A stretch of DNA of 64,000 bases, taken from positions 25,050,001 to 25,114,000 of the forward strand of contig OZ076409.1 in NCBI GenBank assembly GCA_964187785.1, read 5' to 3'. Source of the DNA: Amphiscolops sp. MND2022. Its lineage: Eukaryota. The notes under the pieces were generated by a model. It saw only the letters and a program-made list of their open reading frames with translations. It searched no databases and was not told where the DNA came from. The translations under genes and the position numbers were made by a program. Positions within the stretch are counted from its first letter, which is position 1, and each line of letters opens with the position of its first letter. This document shows, piece by piece, positions 13,901 through 26,712 of the stretch.

Positions 13901-14997
13901 TTTATTTTACGTCAGTTGAATTCTTTGAACCCTTTAGCTTGGATATAATTTGGTGCTTGGCGAATTTTGAAAAAAAAAACGTTTGATTCAAATATTTTCC
14001 CTTTGCATATGAAAAATGGACGTAAAATAATACAATTTTTCCATAACAGGAAAGTAGCTTCTATTGAAATGATTTTTCGTTTGAACAGAAGATTCTCACA
14101 AATTTTGACTGTGATTATATTCGAATTACCTGTTTTTGTGACTTAAAAATTGAAACCGTTGATTTTTTAATCAAGAATGCGTGACTTCATGAGGAGAAAA
14201 AGTGTTAGCAAATGTCATATCTAGGATACTAAACTGTCGCCTTGAAATTAAATTTGAAATTGAAGGTCTCTGGTACGGTTTTTTTGTCGTTTTGTGCTAG
14301 TATTCTCACTAATTTTTCAAAAATTTTGATGTGAGGGGAGACAGAAAACTTATATAACCGGGCGATCGTAATTATTTTGTCATTAAAGAATGAAATTTGG
14401 CGTTAAATGTTATTGACAAACTTTTGCCACGCTGAATTTAATGTCCATATTTTGATTTCTTTTATGTGCCAAATGCATCACACTTCGTTTTGTCAATTTT
14501 TGCTACGAATATTTTTTACACAGTATTATTTATGCTTTATGCGTGGCCATTGTGTAATTTTTAAAAAGTGGCATATGTGAAAGTAGCGTCTAATACTGTC
14601 CAAAACAGAATACAGTCAGTGACAATGACACGTGGAAGCTCTTGTCCGCAAACTTCGGTTGAAAATATTGGAAAGTTGTCTGAAACATGTTGTCTTGGTG
14701 AATTGCTACTTGTGCCATAGAAAACTTTGCTCAACAAATTTGATAATAAAAATTTGATCAACAGAAGGCATTCGTTGGTTGATGGATGAAAGATCAACCA
14801 AATTGGGCTTTGATTTTGTTGAAAAGCAAATTCAAGTTTATTGGTATAAGTTTTTTTAAAAAATCATATATAGCCAAATGGCTCCAACATGGTGAACTTT
14901 CTAGGGCTTTATAAAATTCTTAAACGAACCCCAAGTCCAAAAAGCCAGTAACGATTACCCCGATTAACGTTTCATGGAAAAAGTTATTGAAGACGTC

Positions 14998-15527
14998 TTT
15001 TTAGTCGGCGCTTTTCTTAAGAAAAATGTCCAACTATTCAATGCCGAGTTTTTTCTTTTTTCGTAAGACCACAGAGCTCACCCGGTATGTACTTTTTAGT
15101 ACAGACTTTAATCGGTTTAGGGGAACCCAGCGGTCGCGGGTTCGAGCCCCCCTGCCTCAGCCAGAAACTTTTTTGTGCATTTGCAAAGCTTTATTTATGC
15201 TTTATGGATAAACTTTTTTATGCTTTAAACCTGGATGAGACTGAATTTTTTTTTGGTATTTTGCTACAAACTGAAGTTTAGAGAAGCCCAAAGGGTCTCC
15301 CATTTACATTTTTCAAAATTCTCATTTTTTTGTCTGAAATTAAGTTTTCACAATATATACCCACATTTTTTTACAATACTATCCGAATTTTTGACGTTAT
15401 ATCCGAACTATATTGCGTTTTACTATGGGGGAGGCGGAAGTTCGATGAAAACGTCCTACGCATATTTTAAAAACTGCTCTTTTTGAGCCTTAGATATAGC
15501 GCCGACCTTTGACGTTCCTGTCTTGTT
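14998..15527 (-). mobile_element. Non-autonomous Helentron/DINE-1-like element (family H)
   Basis: Ends are ttttagtcggcgctttt... and ...tagatatagcgccgacctttgacgttcctgtcttgtt, as in other copies. Confidence 0.7.
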
Positions 15528-17599
15528 CTTTAGTGTAGTTTAAACCTTCGATGTTGTAAGAGATTTGTTTCAGGCGTTTTGCACAATTGCTACTAACGCA
15601 CTGGCACAAGAGGCAGACGCGCTCTCCTACCCGAGCGAATTCCCAGGCACCATACCCCTCGACCCTGCCCGCGGAAACCAGAAATCAGGGGGTTGTAGTT
15701 GTTGATAGCAACTGGTCTTGTAAATAATCCATTACAGTTCAGTTTTTAATATCTCAGAGCATGATTCCCTATTGATGAACTCAAACTAAGTTCCCGATAA
15801 AAGTGCAGATTTGGTATCTTTTTGTTTCTGCTTGCACCTGCTCTTCCCAAATCAACTTCAAGTCTTCAATCTTCTCCTTTCTGACTTTGTGATTCATCCG
15901 TTGCAGTAGCGTGAACTTTGATGTACCTTTGTAATGAAATTGTCACCGCCGTCGTCTTTATCAACTCAAGCAATGACTTGTTTGATTACTCAAATGTATG
16001 GATTCACAACGTTTGATGTAGAAGAATAACAGTATTTTTGATTTTTGAAAATCTCTATGCGTCGTTTTTGTCGTTTACTACAAAATTGTCACTTCGTTCT
16101 GTGGAAAATGAAAGTTATCGGACTTTGTTGTATCTTCGCATTCTATTAGCTTGAAGAAGCGTCCGAGGTTTTCAAAAAATTTATCGTTTAGGGGTTGTAT
16201 CGGTTAGAAACACAGTTGGATCTTTTCAGTGGAACCAGTTTGATCCAATAGCATCGTAAAGCATTGCTCACAGTGTAATAACGTTATAAATTTAATTCTG
16301 CCGGTCCTGGGCTGTTAGTTTTATGTTTGGTGGTATGAACTGAAGCCGAACGGGATTAAAGACGAATAGAATTATGGCCGAATTGTAATTATGGTCAATT
16401 GTAATCAGCCGAATCACTTGATAACGAAGCTTCAATTTCGTAATTATCATGTAACAATTAAATGCATCCAAGCCCCCTCTGTAACCTGGGCCATACATAC
16501 GTAGACCATTACCTTTTTGGTTTCGAGGCGCACGGTCCATTTATTATATTAAATGCATCCAGAAGAAATGAAAGATAATGCATGTAGATTCAGTTGTAAT
16601 CTCAAGAGGCAGTAATCCTGTTCGGCAAAAATCACGACTACCCTTTTGGTTATTTGAGAATTACTGAATTATCATGTCTGTGTATTGAACAGACCTCTCT
16701 CCCCTTTGTCGCTCTCCCTGATATATGGTGGCCTTTTGCCCACTTGGCCCATTTCAATTTCCTTATAGGTGGAGATAGTTTCAGACAAATATCAAGCAAC
16801 TTGCATAATATATAAATAGATATATTTTACCTTCATGCAATATTGAAATTGCAAGTTTACTTTGAATAAAGCTAATTTTCATACATTTTTACCAATAAGT
16901 TTTGAGTCATTTTGGAGTAGTTTCAAAGGGATAAAGCAACAGTTGAACGGATGCGGTGGTCGAAAAGCAGTACCTACAAGATTATGACCGTAAGATTCCA
17001 GAGGTTGTAAGAGCCTCCTCCAAGTTGTATCAGCGAGTGCTTACTTTTTTGCCAATATTTATTGTATCGAAAAGAACATTAATCTCTCAGCCATATTTTT
17101 GTCTTCCAATTTTGCCGTGTTCCAATGTCATACCCCAAAATAGAAGTTCTTAATCACATAATTCAACGACGAAAATATTATGTTCATAGCATAAATGTTT
17201 ATGTAGATGTGATTTCAAAAAAGTGGTTGAAATTTAAAAAGTGCTATAAAGATATATTCATCTTTTATTCAGGTTCAGAACAATTTTTGGAATGGTTAAT
17301 TACATTTAGGCACTTCTAATTTTCTTGAGACATTCGTTCTTCAATTTTTGAACTTTTCGTGCAATTTTAATAACAGTTTTTAAATGCATCTCGTTGAAAT
17401 TTTAGAAGTCGAAAAATATCAGGTGCTTAGCGGTCGTCCAGGCATTATATGAGAATAAAAAATACCAATTAAAAATCAGTTAAAATCAGCATGGATTAGT
17501 TATTAATTTTGGACTACCCTATTTTTTTTAATCGGCAATTTTTCCACTGTTTTTTTGCCGTGAATAGGTCCATCTTTGTCGTCCAGATACAGTTGGAAG

Positions 17600-18400
17600 A
17601 AATAACGTTTGACTTTTTCTGTGTTGTAAGAAAACCGCTATGTTTTCATGTCGACAGGTTAATCGTTCCAAAGCTTATTAGCCGCGGAGAAGAAAATATT
17701 CTCTAACTGGGCTGTATTACAAAAGTGTTTACTGTAAATTTCTTCAGTTCTTGAATCAGACCGTCGGAATGGATTGGCCGTCGGAATGCTCAGATCCTTG
17801 AAGGCATGGATTTCATTTCTGGACCAATAAAAATGACATAGCACTTTAGCATCAGGGAAAAACCGTACAGGTAGGATTTGATATTTAATTTTCAGGTCCA
17901 TAGAGCTATCAAATTTACGACGTGAGAAACATGCATTTATTCCCCAATTCAGCTGTTTCTCCAGAGTTGTGATTGATGACGTTTGTCCGAGAAATTCCCC
18001 AATGGCCTTTAGCGTCTCAAGTTTTTTGCTCAGGAGTCCATTTTATTCAATAGAGTGTCATTGCACTTCAACTCAACCTGTCGGTCTAACTTCTGTTTAC
18101 ATGTATATGTTCAGCAAAAATTACGCAAAAGCAGGAGGCAGTTACTGATCGCTTTAATCGAAAAAGTCATGCCGTTCCTCAGTCTTGATATTATAATAGC
18201 TTGCATCATTGCGGTCGATGTCCTCAATGTACAATATCCCTTCCTTTATGTGGACCAGAAGCAAAAAAAGTAGATGATAGTAACATGCACCTTTTCAGGC
18301 CAGTTCCCTTCGAGAACAAATTTCTTAGCAATAAATGCAACTATTTCAAAGTGATTAATTCTTCTCTGTTTCCATTTTTGGAAGGTTGTAGGAAAAACGC
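17600..18400 (-). pseudogene. Degenerate LINE (CR1-like) ORF2 C-terminal fragment
   Basis: NIFFSAANKLWND*PVDMK resembles the FF..R....WN.LP motif at the end of CR1/L2 ORF2; the rest is very decayed. Confidence 0.35.
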
Positions 18401-18989
18401 TCAAAGGAATGAACGCCCCAGTCAAAAAGTCCAGTAGGAGACATTAGTAGAATTGAATCTCAAAACAGGCATCATTTTTCTTTTGGTTGTATTACTCGGC
18501 CTTCCTCCTTAAGCGGTGCTTGGCGCCACTCCAGGTCGGCTTTCGTTAAACCAAACTGCCGCTGGATTATGGAACGCTGCTCCTACATTTAGGGCACTTG
18601 AGGTATGTGAACGTAGTTGACTGCGTTATCGTAGTTTTCTATGGACGTTATTGAGCTTTGAGCGTTTTTCCTTTGGGCGTTTTTTCCGCTTGGTTTTTTC
18701 CTTGAGCGCGCCTTTTCCTTTGACAATTTTTCCGGACACCTTTTGGAGTATCAATGATGGTAGTAACTTCAACAAACGTTGTCAGTTTATTTTCGTGATC
18801 CATTAACTTGGAACTATTCAGAAAGCTCTCAAACGTTAACGACTGAAAACTGTTTGCTGAAAAAAATGAAGGAAAAGGCAACAATGGCAAAACCCGTGGT
18901 CTTGAAGACAATGAACTTGTCGACGAAGTTCATTTTTTGTTTTTATTTTTCCTGCCTTAGCAGCAATAATATAAGTCCTTGGAGTAGTT

Positions 18990-19428
18990 TTTTTCAGCCG
19001 AGCCTGTTCGTATTCGGTGTACCTACCGAAAAGGATTCAGATATTTTGTTTGAAAGTGAGTATTAGCGTGAGAAGTTTCTCAAGCTGCCGACGACAGTTA
19101 GTTTATTCAATTCTCGTGCGATGAAACGAGCGAGTGTTAATGATGCATTCGTGCGCCGAATTCATTGAGATGAAGCGAATGAGTGTTAATTATTCGTTCG
19201 CTGAGAGCTTCGACTGCATTCAAATGCGAATGCGAAACTTCGTATATGCTTAGTGGTTATATTTTTTTTAGTCCGAGAAGAATTAAAGGCGGTGTAAACA
19301 TGCAGTGAATAACTGTACATGTTTAGAATGGTTAGACAGGAGTGCATATTTATTCCAGATATGCTTCTTTCATTGAACATGAAAGCCTATAGCTGAATTA
19401 AACAGTACCCGAGCAAGGGCCTATTTTT
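18990..19428 (+). repeat. Dispersed ~0.45-0.5 kb repeat (family R), possibly a non-autonomous rolling-circle element
   Basis: Shares gagagcttcg.ctgcattcaaatgcgaatgcgaaacttcgt...gtccgagaagaattaaaggcggtgtaaac and the gggcctattttt end with 29520-30508. Confidence 0.8.
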
Positions 19429-19964
19429 AGTCGGCGCTTCATGAAGTGAAACGTGATTGTAGTAACTTTTTTCCAATCCACGCGAACTGACCAAAATAGT
19501 TATACAAAATTCTACGATATTTCAAGGTGTCAAGTTGGACCATTTGGCCTAAGAAACTGCACTATAAAAGTTGCTCCTTTTTTTAGCCAAACATACAATA
19601 CCGGACGAGACTATTGGGTCTCCCTTTCGATTTTTGATATTTTGCAACAGAATGGATGTTGAAAATTCCCAAAGGGTCCTCCCTTCTAAAATTTTCGGCA
19701 CTATGAGACTGTTCAAAATTCTCATTTTTCGTTTTTTCTCTCAAAAATGTTTCAATGTCTCCATAGGTTCCCCTTCAATTTTGATATTTTGCAAATGAAT
19801 GGATTCTAAAAAATTCGAAAAAGTTCTCCCTTTTAGCGCCCCAGTTCGCTCCAATTTATGGGTTTTTCGGGTACTATAGAAGAGAATACTTGACACTTTG
19901 AAGTCCCTGTGCTATTTTCGAGCCTCAGTTATGGCGCCAATTCATGCCGTTCACGTCTTGTTTT
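19424..19964 (-). mobile_element. Helentron/DINE-1-like element (family H)
   Basis: tttttagtcggcgc at the left, ggcgccaattcatgccgttcacgtcttgtttt at the right, internal aaagggtcc/tttttgatattttgcaacagaatgg repeats. Confidence 0.7.
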
Positions 19965-20884
19965 AATACTAAAATAGCGTCCATTATCGATTCTTATGAT
20001 TACCATTTGCTCAACTGTTTAATTTGCTTTTGAAAACAGTCGACATCCTTGGAAACAATACTTCCTATCACTTTTGAACCGGTATGAGTGAGGGACCATT
20101 TTCGCATCAATTTTTTTTGAGATTGGATAAGTTTGTAGATATCTTCACAAGCTCAACTAAAACCACAAAAGCCTTGAAATCCCGACTAATTTTCATGATG
20201 GATTACATGATTTCCTAATTATTCGCTCCCATGTTTTGAGCTGGTGTGATTTAATCATCCGAGCAAAAAGCTTTCAGTCATTCTGCTTAATTCAATTTCT
20301 TTCTGTTCTTTCATCTGCTTGTCCTTGACTGGCTAATTTTATTCCGAAACTAGAAAAGAATGGAGGCGAAGACTGAAAATTGGATTTTTTTGGTATTAGC
20401 ATTGTTTCAAATGTTGGCAAGTTTTTATTTGATTAAGCAAAATCTTACAGAAAGTTTAAATTTTCTGGTTTTGTGACGTAAGAATTGTAATCAGCTTTAT
20501 TGTTGAAAATCTTTTTCGCCCTCGAGTAAATGAAATTTGACAAGGTAAGGTAGCCAAAAACCCATGTATTTGTATCAGCAATTCCTGGTAAAAACGGTAA
20601 TGGATAAATTTTTGCAACTCTTGTATTCAACCAAAAATGTGTAAAATCAAATCTTCACGCTTGCTCGATGGAAAGTTTTTGAAAAAGATGTGAAAATACA
20701 AATTACAAGCGGTTACAAGCGTTTAATGGAGTGATTTCATGAATCTCATGGCCTCGAGATGAATTCTGTTCCTCGCGGCAACCGAAATTTTCAAAATGCT
20801 TTCGAATACAATACCGGCTATTGACACTGAGGTTAATTTTTTAGATACTTTTACTCGATAAAATGACGTTTTCATGGTTGTAAA

Positions 20885-21287
20885 TAATTCCAGAACGGCG
20901 TGAGTTGGCGCTCCGCTTAAAGCTCGAAAAGAGCATAGTGTCTTGAATATGGTCTGTGGGGTTTTTGGGAAATAAACTGAAAAACGCCACAATGTCGAAG
21001 AGTATCTAAATGGTGACCCTTTGAGACTTGAAAAACGCCATAACTGAAAAAGCTTCCAACAATTTATAGTAAGCCAGTTGCAAAGTATAAGAAAATCCCC
21101 AATTAATGTAGAATTGTAAAAACTCAATGAAGTAAGACTCTATGAATGTTTTTGATGATTTTCTCTATATGCCGAAAATGCTGCAAATGTAATGTAATTT
21201 TAGTCACTATGACCAGATTTTAAAAAAAAAACAAATCGACGAAAGCCACTATATTCGGTCTACATTCCACAAAACGCCGACTAAAAA
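20885..21287 (+). mobile_element. Degenerate family H copy
   Basis: gaacggcgtgagttggcgc... at the start and ...aaaacgccgactaaaaa at the end. Confidence 0.45.
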
Positions 21288-22189
21288 GCATGCTGAAATG
21301 AGTGGATTGAGCTTCAGATTAAATGTGGCATATGAATTGAAGTTACGGAAGTTATAGAATATAGAAGTTATTGCAGAAACTGGTGAAGGATAAATATTGT
21401 ACTTTGAAAAGAATTTTAACATTACCTCGCTGAAACTAAGATTTTTTGTTTCTTAAGGAAACTAAAAATAATATTACATCACAATATAAATTAATTCAAA
21501 TGTAACTGACCAAAAATTGTATGATAAACCAATCGACAAAGCTAAGGTGAGAAGCGCATTGGCACTGTGATGGTTTACGTTTCATACGTTTAGGAGACGC
21601 TTAAGGGGAAGTTGGACGACACCTTAGATCTTCATTTGTTCGAAAAGGGAGATTTCGAAATTTAATAAGACAGGAACGTCTCAAGTCGGCGCCCCCCCCC
21701 CCCCCGTAAGGTTCCAAACGTGCAATCTTTCGTATATGCTGAAGCTAAAATGCAGTTTTGATGAAAGTTTTGAAAAATTCACAGGAAAACACCCTTCAAA
21801 CTTGAAAAGTCTGTCACCCAAAATTTCATTGAAAAGGAAGGACTTTTTGTGGAAATTTAAAACATTTCGAAAAAAGAGCAGCGCCAAGAAATTTCAAACG
21901 TGGGAAGAACAGTTTGCTACATTATTTTAGCTTTGTAATTTGGTCTTACGTGCATTTCGGACTTGCTCACCGACGATATGAAATCACAGAAGTTGAGTAA
22001 GTTGAAGAAGAATAGCGAAAGTTAATCTATTGGATACAAACGCAAAAAACTAGCTATGTTGCACAATATATCAATAACACCCAAAATGGACGGGGAAGGA
22101 GCACAAATGCCCCACCCAGTAGAATCAGCTTCGGTCCAAACTTAGAATGGTTTCAGAATAAGTTTTCTCTTGAAAAGCTTGATAATTTT

Positions 22190-25100
22190 TAGTGTAAAGG
22201 ATCCAATTTGGAAATTTAAAAATGGAACATAATTCCTTGTTATCAAAAGCACAAGTTGCCCTCTTCCGTTGACGAGCAAATGTTTTTGCCTTCGATTCCT
22301 CTTTTAAGCCATTTGGTATTACTTGCTTGTGTTTCAACCAGTTTAAAGCTATCCGAAGATATTTTCGAGACATTTTCTTTTGGCAAAAATTCTTTTCTAC
22401 CTAAATGTCCTATGTTATTCCAACTTGTAGGATATGCACAAGGGCCTTTGTTGATAGTTTCACTATAACGCCTGAATAGTTATATAAAAATTTATCAAAA
22501 TGGAGCTAGAACACCGTAAGTATCCTGTTATGAGTAAAGAAACCCGCTAGTGACTGGAATATTTTCCCGCGAGAACAGCCCTCAGAATTTTTTTGAGAAT
22601 TATCAAGTTTCGTTCAGGTTTTTTAAGCTGTTCCATAAACGCCAATGCCATAACTGACAATTTCACTAAACATCTGTAAAACGTCAGAAGACATTTTTGG
22701 ATACAAGTGGTGGACTCTGTAAATGAACTCACAAAAATTATTGATTCATTTAACAATATAATCGATGCCTTGTCTGGAACGTAAACCTCTATTCAAGTTT
22801 AGGCAAAGATAATTGCCAAAGATTTGATAAGACAAGGATTTCCCTACAAAAACACTGAATTTTTCTGCTTCGATCCGAAAGATATGCTTTTACATTTGTC
22901 ATTATTGATTGTAAGGTTTTTGCTAACAAACCAATTGGCTATTGTTCTAGATCTGAACTAAGTGCGGTTTTTGTTTTTGCGACCGTAATATTCTCTGCAA
23001 TCATTGTGGCTCAACTTTCTCCAAAGAGTTCAAACAAGTCATTGTTGTATGGATAAATAAAAGTGAATGTGAAGTGTTTAGGCGTTGAAAGGCGTGAAAG
23101 TTTGTGTCAGCAACATTATTCCCATCCGAAAAACTGAACGAAGAAGTTTACTCATCAAATTTCTGTTCACGTTAATTGGCAAACTGAATATATTACAATA
23201 ATTTTTCAAAAGGTCCCAAAAAGGTGGCTCAGTAGCATTTATGAATTTTTCGAAAAGCAGATTCATATGCTATTTTTATCATTTGACATACGAAACCCGA
23301 AAAGAAGTTTTAAGGTTCAATGAGAAACTATTTGGCTCAAAAAATATAAAAAGCGCTAAACTCGAGCAATTGATGTTATATCCCATGTCGATAAGTCTAG
23401 GTCAGGAAAAACTCAAGGGATTTAGGTATTACTGAAGACTATCTAGAAATCCACAAGGTGTATATTGGCCTTCTTTAGTGACCAATTTACAAAACACTCC
23501 AAACAATTATTTACAAAACACACAAAAATTGAGAACCAACAACATCATGTGGATTGCGTTCTGGATTTCAGAAGCCTGAACAAAGAACATATCTCCGTTA
23601 GACTATAATTTTTCTTAAACCAAAACCAGGAATCCAATTCCTATCATTAATCGAGGTAAATCGTCTTTTGTTCTGTAACAAACAAACATATCGAGAGTCG
23701 GTGGAAGATGAAACATAAAAAAGCAACTATCTTGGTGGAATCAGAAACGAAGTTTTGAAATGCAGTTCACCAGAAATCGAATTTTTTATTGTGAATGCTT
23801 TCAACAAAAGCAACTTGGAACGAACGTTGCCAGTGGCATCCGAAACAGCCAAAGTGGTATCTTCACCAAATATTGACTGACAGGGATAATCCTGAACACA
23901 ATAGGACCATTAGTCTAGTGGACTCACTGGGAAAGTTTTTATACAAGTGGTACACTCTTCATTTGAACTCACAGATGTTATTGATTTATTTAACAATATA
24001 ATTGATGTCTTGTCTGGTTTTGATAAGTCAAGGTTTTACCCATAAAAAACACCTCATTTTTTGCTTTGTTCCGAAAGATATTCCTTCACGTTTGTCAGTA
24101 TTGATTGCCAATCAATACTGACAAACGTAAAGGAATAGCTTACAGTGTAAGCTTTTTGCCTACAAACCAATTCGCTATTGTTCTAGATCCGAACTAATTT
24201 CGGTTTTTGTTTTTTTTTTACCGTAATATTGTTGGCAATTATTGTGGCTCAACTTTCTCTAAGCGTTCAACCAAGTTATTGCTGTATGGATTAACAAAAG
24301 TGGTCCCGAAACAGACCACTGGGCACACTTAAATCCAGTCTTTCATAAGTTCAGTCACTTGATTAAAGGCACCAATACATCACGTTGTAGATTTAAAAAG
24401 AACAGAAAATTTTGTTTTTCAAACAGAATGTCATCATTTGTTATGGAACAATTCTCCCAAAATTTTCCCAGTGAGTCCACTAGACTAATGATCCTATTGT
24501 GCTCATGATTATCCCTGTCGATTTTTTTAAATGAAGATAACACTTTAGCTGTTTCGGATGCCACTGGAACAGTTCATCCAGAATGCTTTTGTTGAAAGCA
24601 TTCGCAATGAAAAATTCAATTATTGGTGAACAGCTTTTCAAAACTTCGTTTCTGATTCCACCAAGACAGTTGCTTTTTCAACTCCGTGGACTGTCGATAA
24701 GTTTTTTTTGTTGCAGAACAAAAGACGATTTACATCGAATAATGACAGGAATAGGATTGCTGGTTTTGGTTTTAGAAACAATTAAAGCGTAACTGAAGCA
24801 AATTCTTTGTTCAGGTTCCGGAAACCCAGAACGCAAGCCACTTGATGTTGTTGGTTTATAATTGTTTTGAGTGTTTTGTAAATTGGTCACAAATGTGGGC
24901 CATTGACAAAAAATATGTCTTGTGGGTTTCTAGAAAGTATTATCTAAATATTCAGTAATACCTAAATCCCTTGAGTTTTTCCTGACCTAGACTTATCGAA
25001 ATGGGATATAACATCAATTGCTGTAATTGAGCGCTCTTTAATTTTTTTTGAGCCAAATAGTTTCTAATTGAACCGTGAAACTTCTTTTCGGGTTGCGTAT

Positions 25101-25293
25101 GTCAATGCTTAATATAGCATATGAAATCTGCTTTTCGAAAAATTCATAAATGCTACTGAGCTACCTTTTTTGGAACTTTTGAAAAATTATTGTAATATAT
25201 TCAGTTTGTTAAATGAATTAAACAGAAAATTGATGAGTAAACTTCCGCATTCAGTTTTTCGGATGGGAATAATGTTGCTGGCACAAACTTTCA
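22190..25293 (-). pseudogene. Degenerate, rearranged non-LTR retrotransposon (CR1/L2-type) reverse transcriptase region
   Basis: Minus-strand translation KSNCLGGIRNEVLKSCSPIIEFFIANAFNKSI...TAKVLSSFKKIDRDNHEHNRIISLVDSLGKFWE matches the NYRPISL region. A PQGSVLGPLL-like motif lies near 24320-24290, and C-terminal motifs (KCLLTFY, KKILRAV, LRIALNWL) at 22700-22330. Confidence 0.8.
23094..25293. repeat. Inverted repeat: arms 23094-23938 and 24461-25293, spacer ~520 bp
   Basis: gtgaaagtttgtgtcagcaacattattcccatccg pairs with cggatgggaataatgttgctggcacaaactttcac; agtctagtggactcactggga pairs with tcccagtgagtccactagact. Confidence 0.9.
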
Positions 25294-25881
25294 CACTCCG
25301 ATCCACTTTCCCCAAATAGAGTAACCACAGTTTAAACTGTCAAAAAATGCCTCAGATTTTCCAGTATTTACTTCGTACCCTTCAAGTAAAGGAGGGACAT
25401 TTGATGGTCCTATGTTTAAGAGGTGGAGTGTTGTTCATTTTCTTTGCATGCAAGTTCATGAATAGTCTTTAATGCATTAAGTATCATTCACATACTTGCG
25501 TGCATAAAAATTACCCTGGAATGGGTACTCCCAAATACACGCCCGTTTATTTCTTTTGTAGATGGAAAATTTTTCAGTTCCTATAAACATAGAATTTTAT
25601 ACCCGCATTTCGAGGCACAACCATAATTGGAGAATTTTCATCGATTTAAGGAGAATCTTGATTGGAGAAAATTTTTCTTTTTACTGCGGTGGTTAGTTGC
25701 AAGTTTTTAATTCGTCGCCTGATCGAAGAAATACTTGAACGGAAATTATTTACCTTCATACTGTATTCTTTTTCCTTCAGAGCCCAGAAGATTAGGTAAA
25801 ATTTAATTTCTCGGTATTTTCACAGTTGACATCTTCATCGCCTTTGAGTTACTAAAAGTGTGAAGAGAAGTTGATTTGAAA

Positions 25882-26035
25882 ATGATTTCACACCTCGCTT
25901 CGACCAGTCAACGCCTCTACTCGGCAGGATTTTTGGCACTGAGCTTGATTTTGATGCTGAGCGCAATCTCTTCACACGCACATAATTCATATCACGACCG
26001 CCGAGCCTCTGCTGTCGAGCCACCTATCTACCCAG
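25882..26035 (+). CDS. Probable first coding exon of a secreted protein or peptide precursor
   Basis: aaaATG start. MISHLASTSQRLYSAGFLALSLILMLSAISSHA reads as a signal peptide and is followed by HNSYHDRRASAVEPPIYP. Consensus donor CAG|GTGAGT (phase 1), upstream acceptor ttttcacag at 25825, non-repetitive context. Confidence 0.6.
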
Positions 26036-26198
26036 GTGAGTACTGTTATGTAAACGGCTTTTTCTCCAAGTTAGATTTACATATGTGGTAGTTTAATTTT
26101 ATACTCAAAAGATAGTTTTTTCATCAGAATTTAATGACGAAAAATAAGAAGCATGTGTTAACACGAAGATATCTTTTTGAAGAGTGCCTATAAAACTC

Positions 26199-26712
26199 AA
26201 CAAGCCGGGAACGGCCCAAGTCGGCGCCATATCTTAGGCTCAAAAATATCAAAAGGACTTCAAAGTGTAAAGTATTCTCTTCTACAGTACCCGCATTAGG
26301 AAAAAATTGAAAAAAATCCGAAATTTTTGTCGAATTTTTTTTGGTCTCCGGTAAGTCGCATAGTGCCGAAAAATGTAAAAGGGGGGCCCTTTGGGAGTTT
26401 TTGAACATCTTTTGCAAAATAGAAAAAAAATTGAAGGGGGACCCTTTGGAGACATTTTAAAAAAAGTCTCACAAAGTCGAAATATCCTGCACAAAAAAGT
26501 TTGGTCAAGGGCGGGACTTGAACTCACGTCCTTCTGCTTGGCAGACCTCAATAAAGCCTAATTAACCTCTATGCCAAGTGCCAGTAGAAGTAGTGTGGCA
26601 GTTAGTGTTAGTGCAAGTCAGCTTATAAAGCTTATAAAGTCTGTCAGTTCGTTGGTCTTAAAAAAAGTCACTGCTATAGTCTGCGTTTTCTACGAAAAGC
26701 GCCGACTAGAAA
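26199..26712 (+). mobile_element. Helentron/DINE-1-like element (family H) with internal antisense tRNA-like segment
   Basis: aacaagccgggaacggcccaagtcggcgccatatc ... gtcactgctatagtctgcgttttctacgaaaagcgccgactag. Confidence 0.75.

Noticed and set aside
16274..16770. Possible solo LTR
   Set aside because: It starts with TGTAA and is GC-richer, but I found no matching end or TSD.
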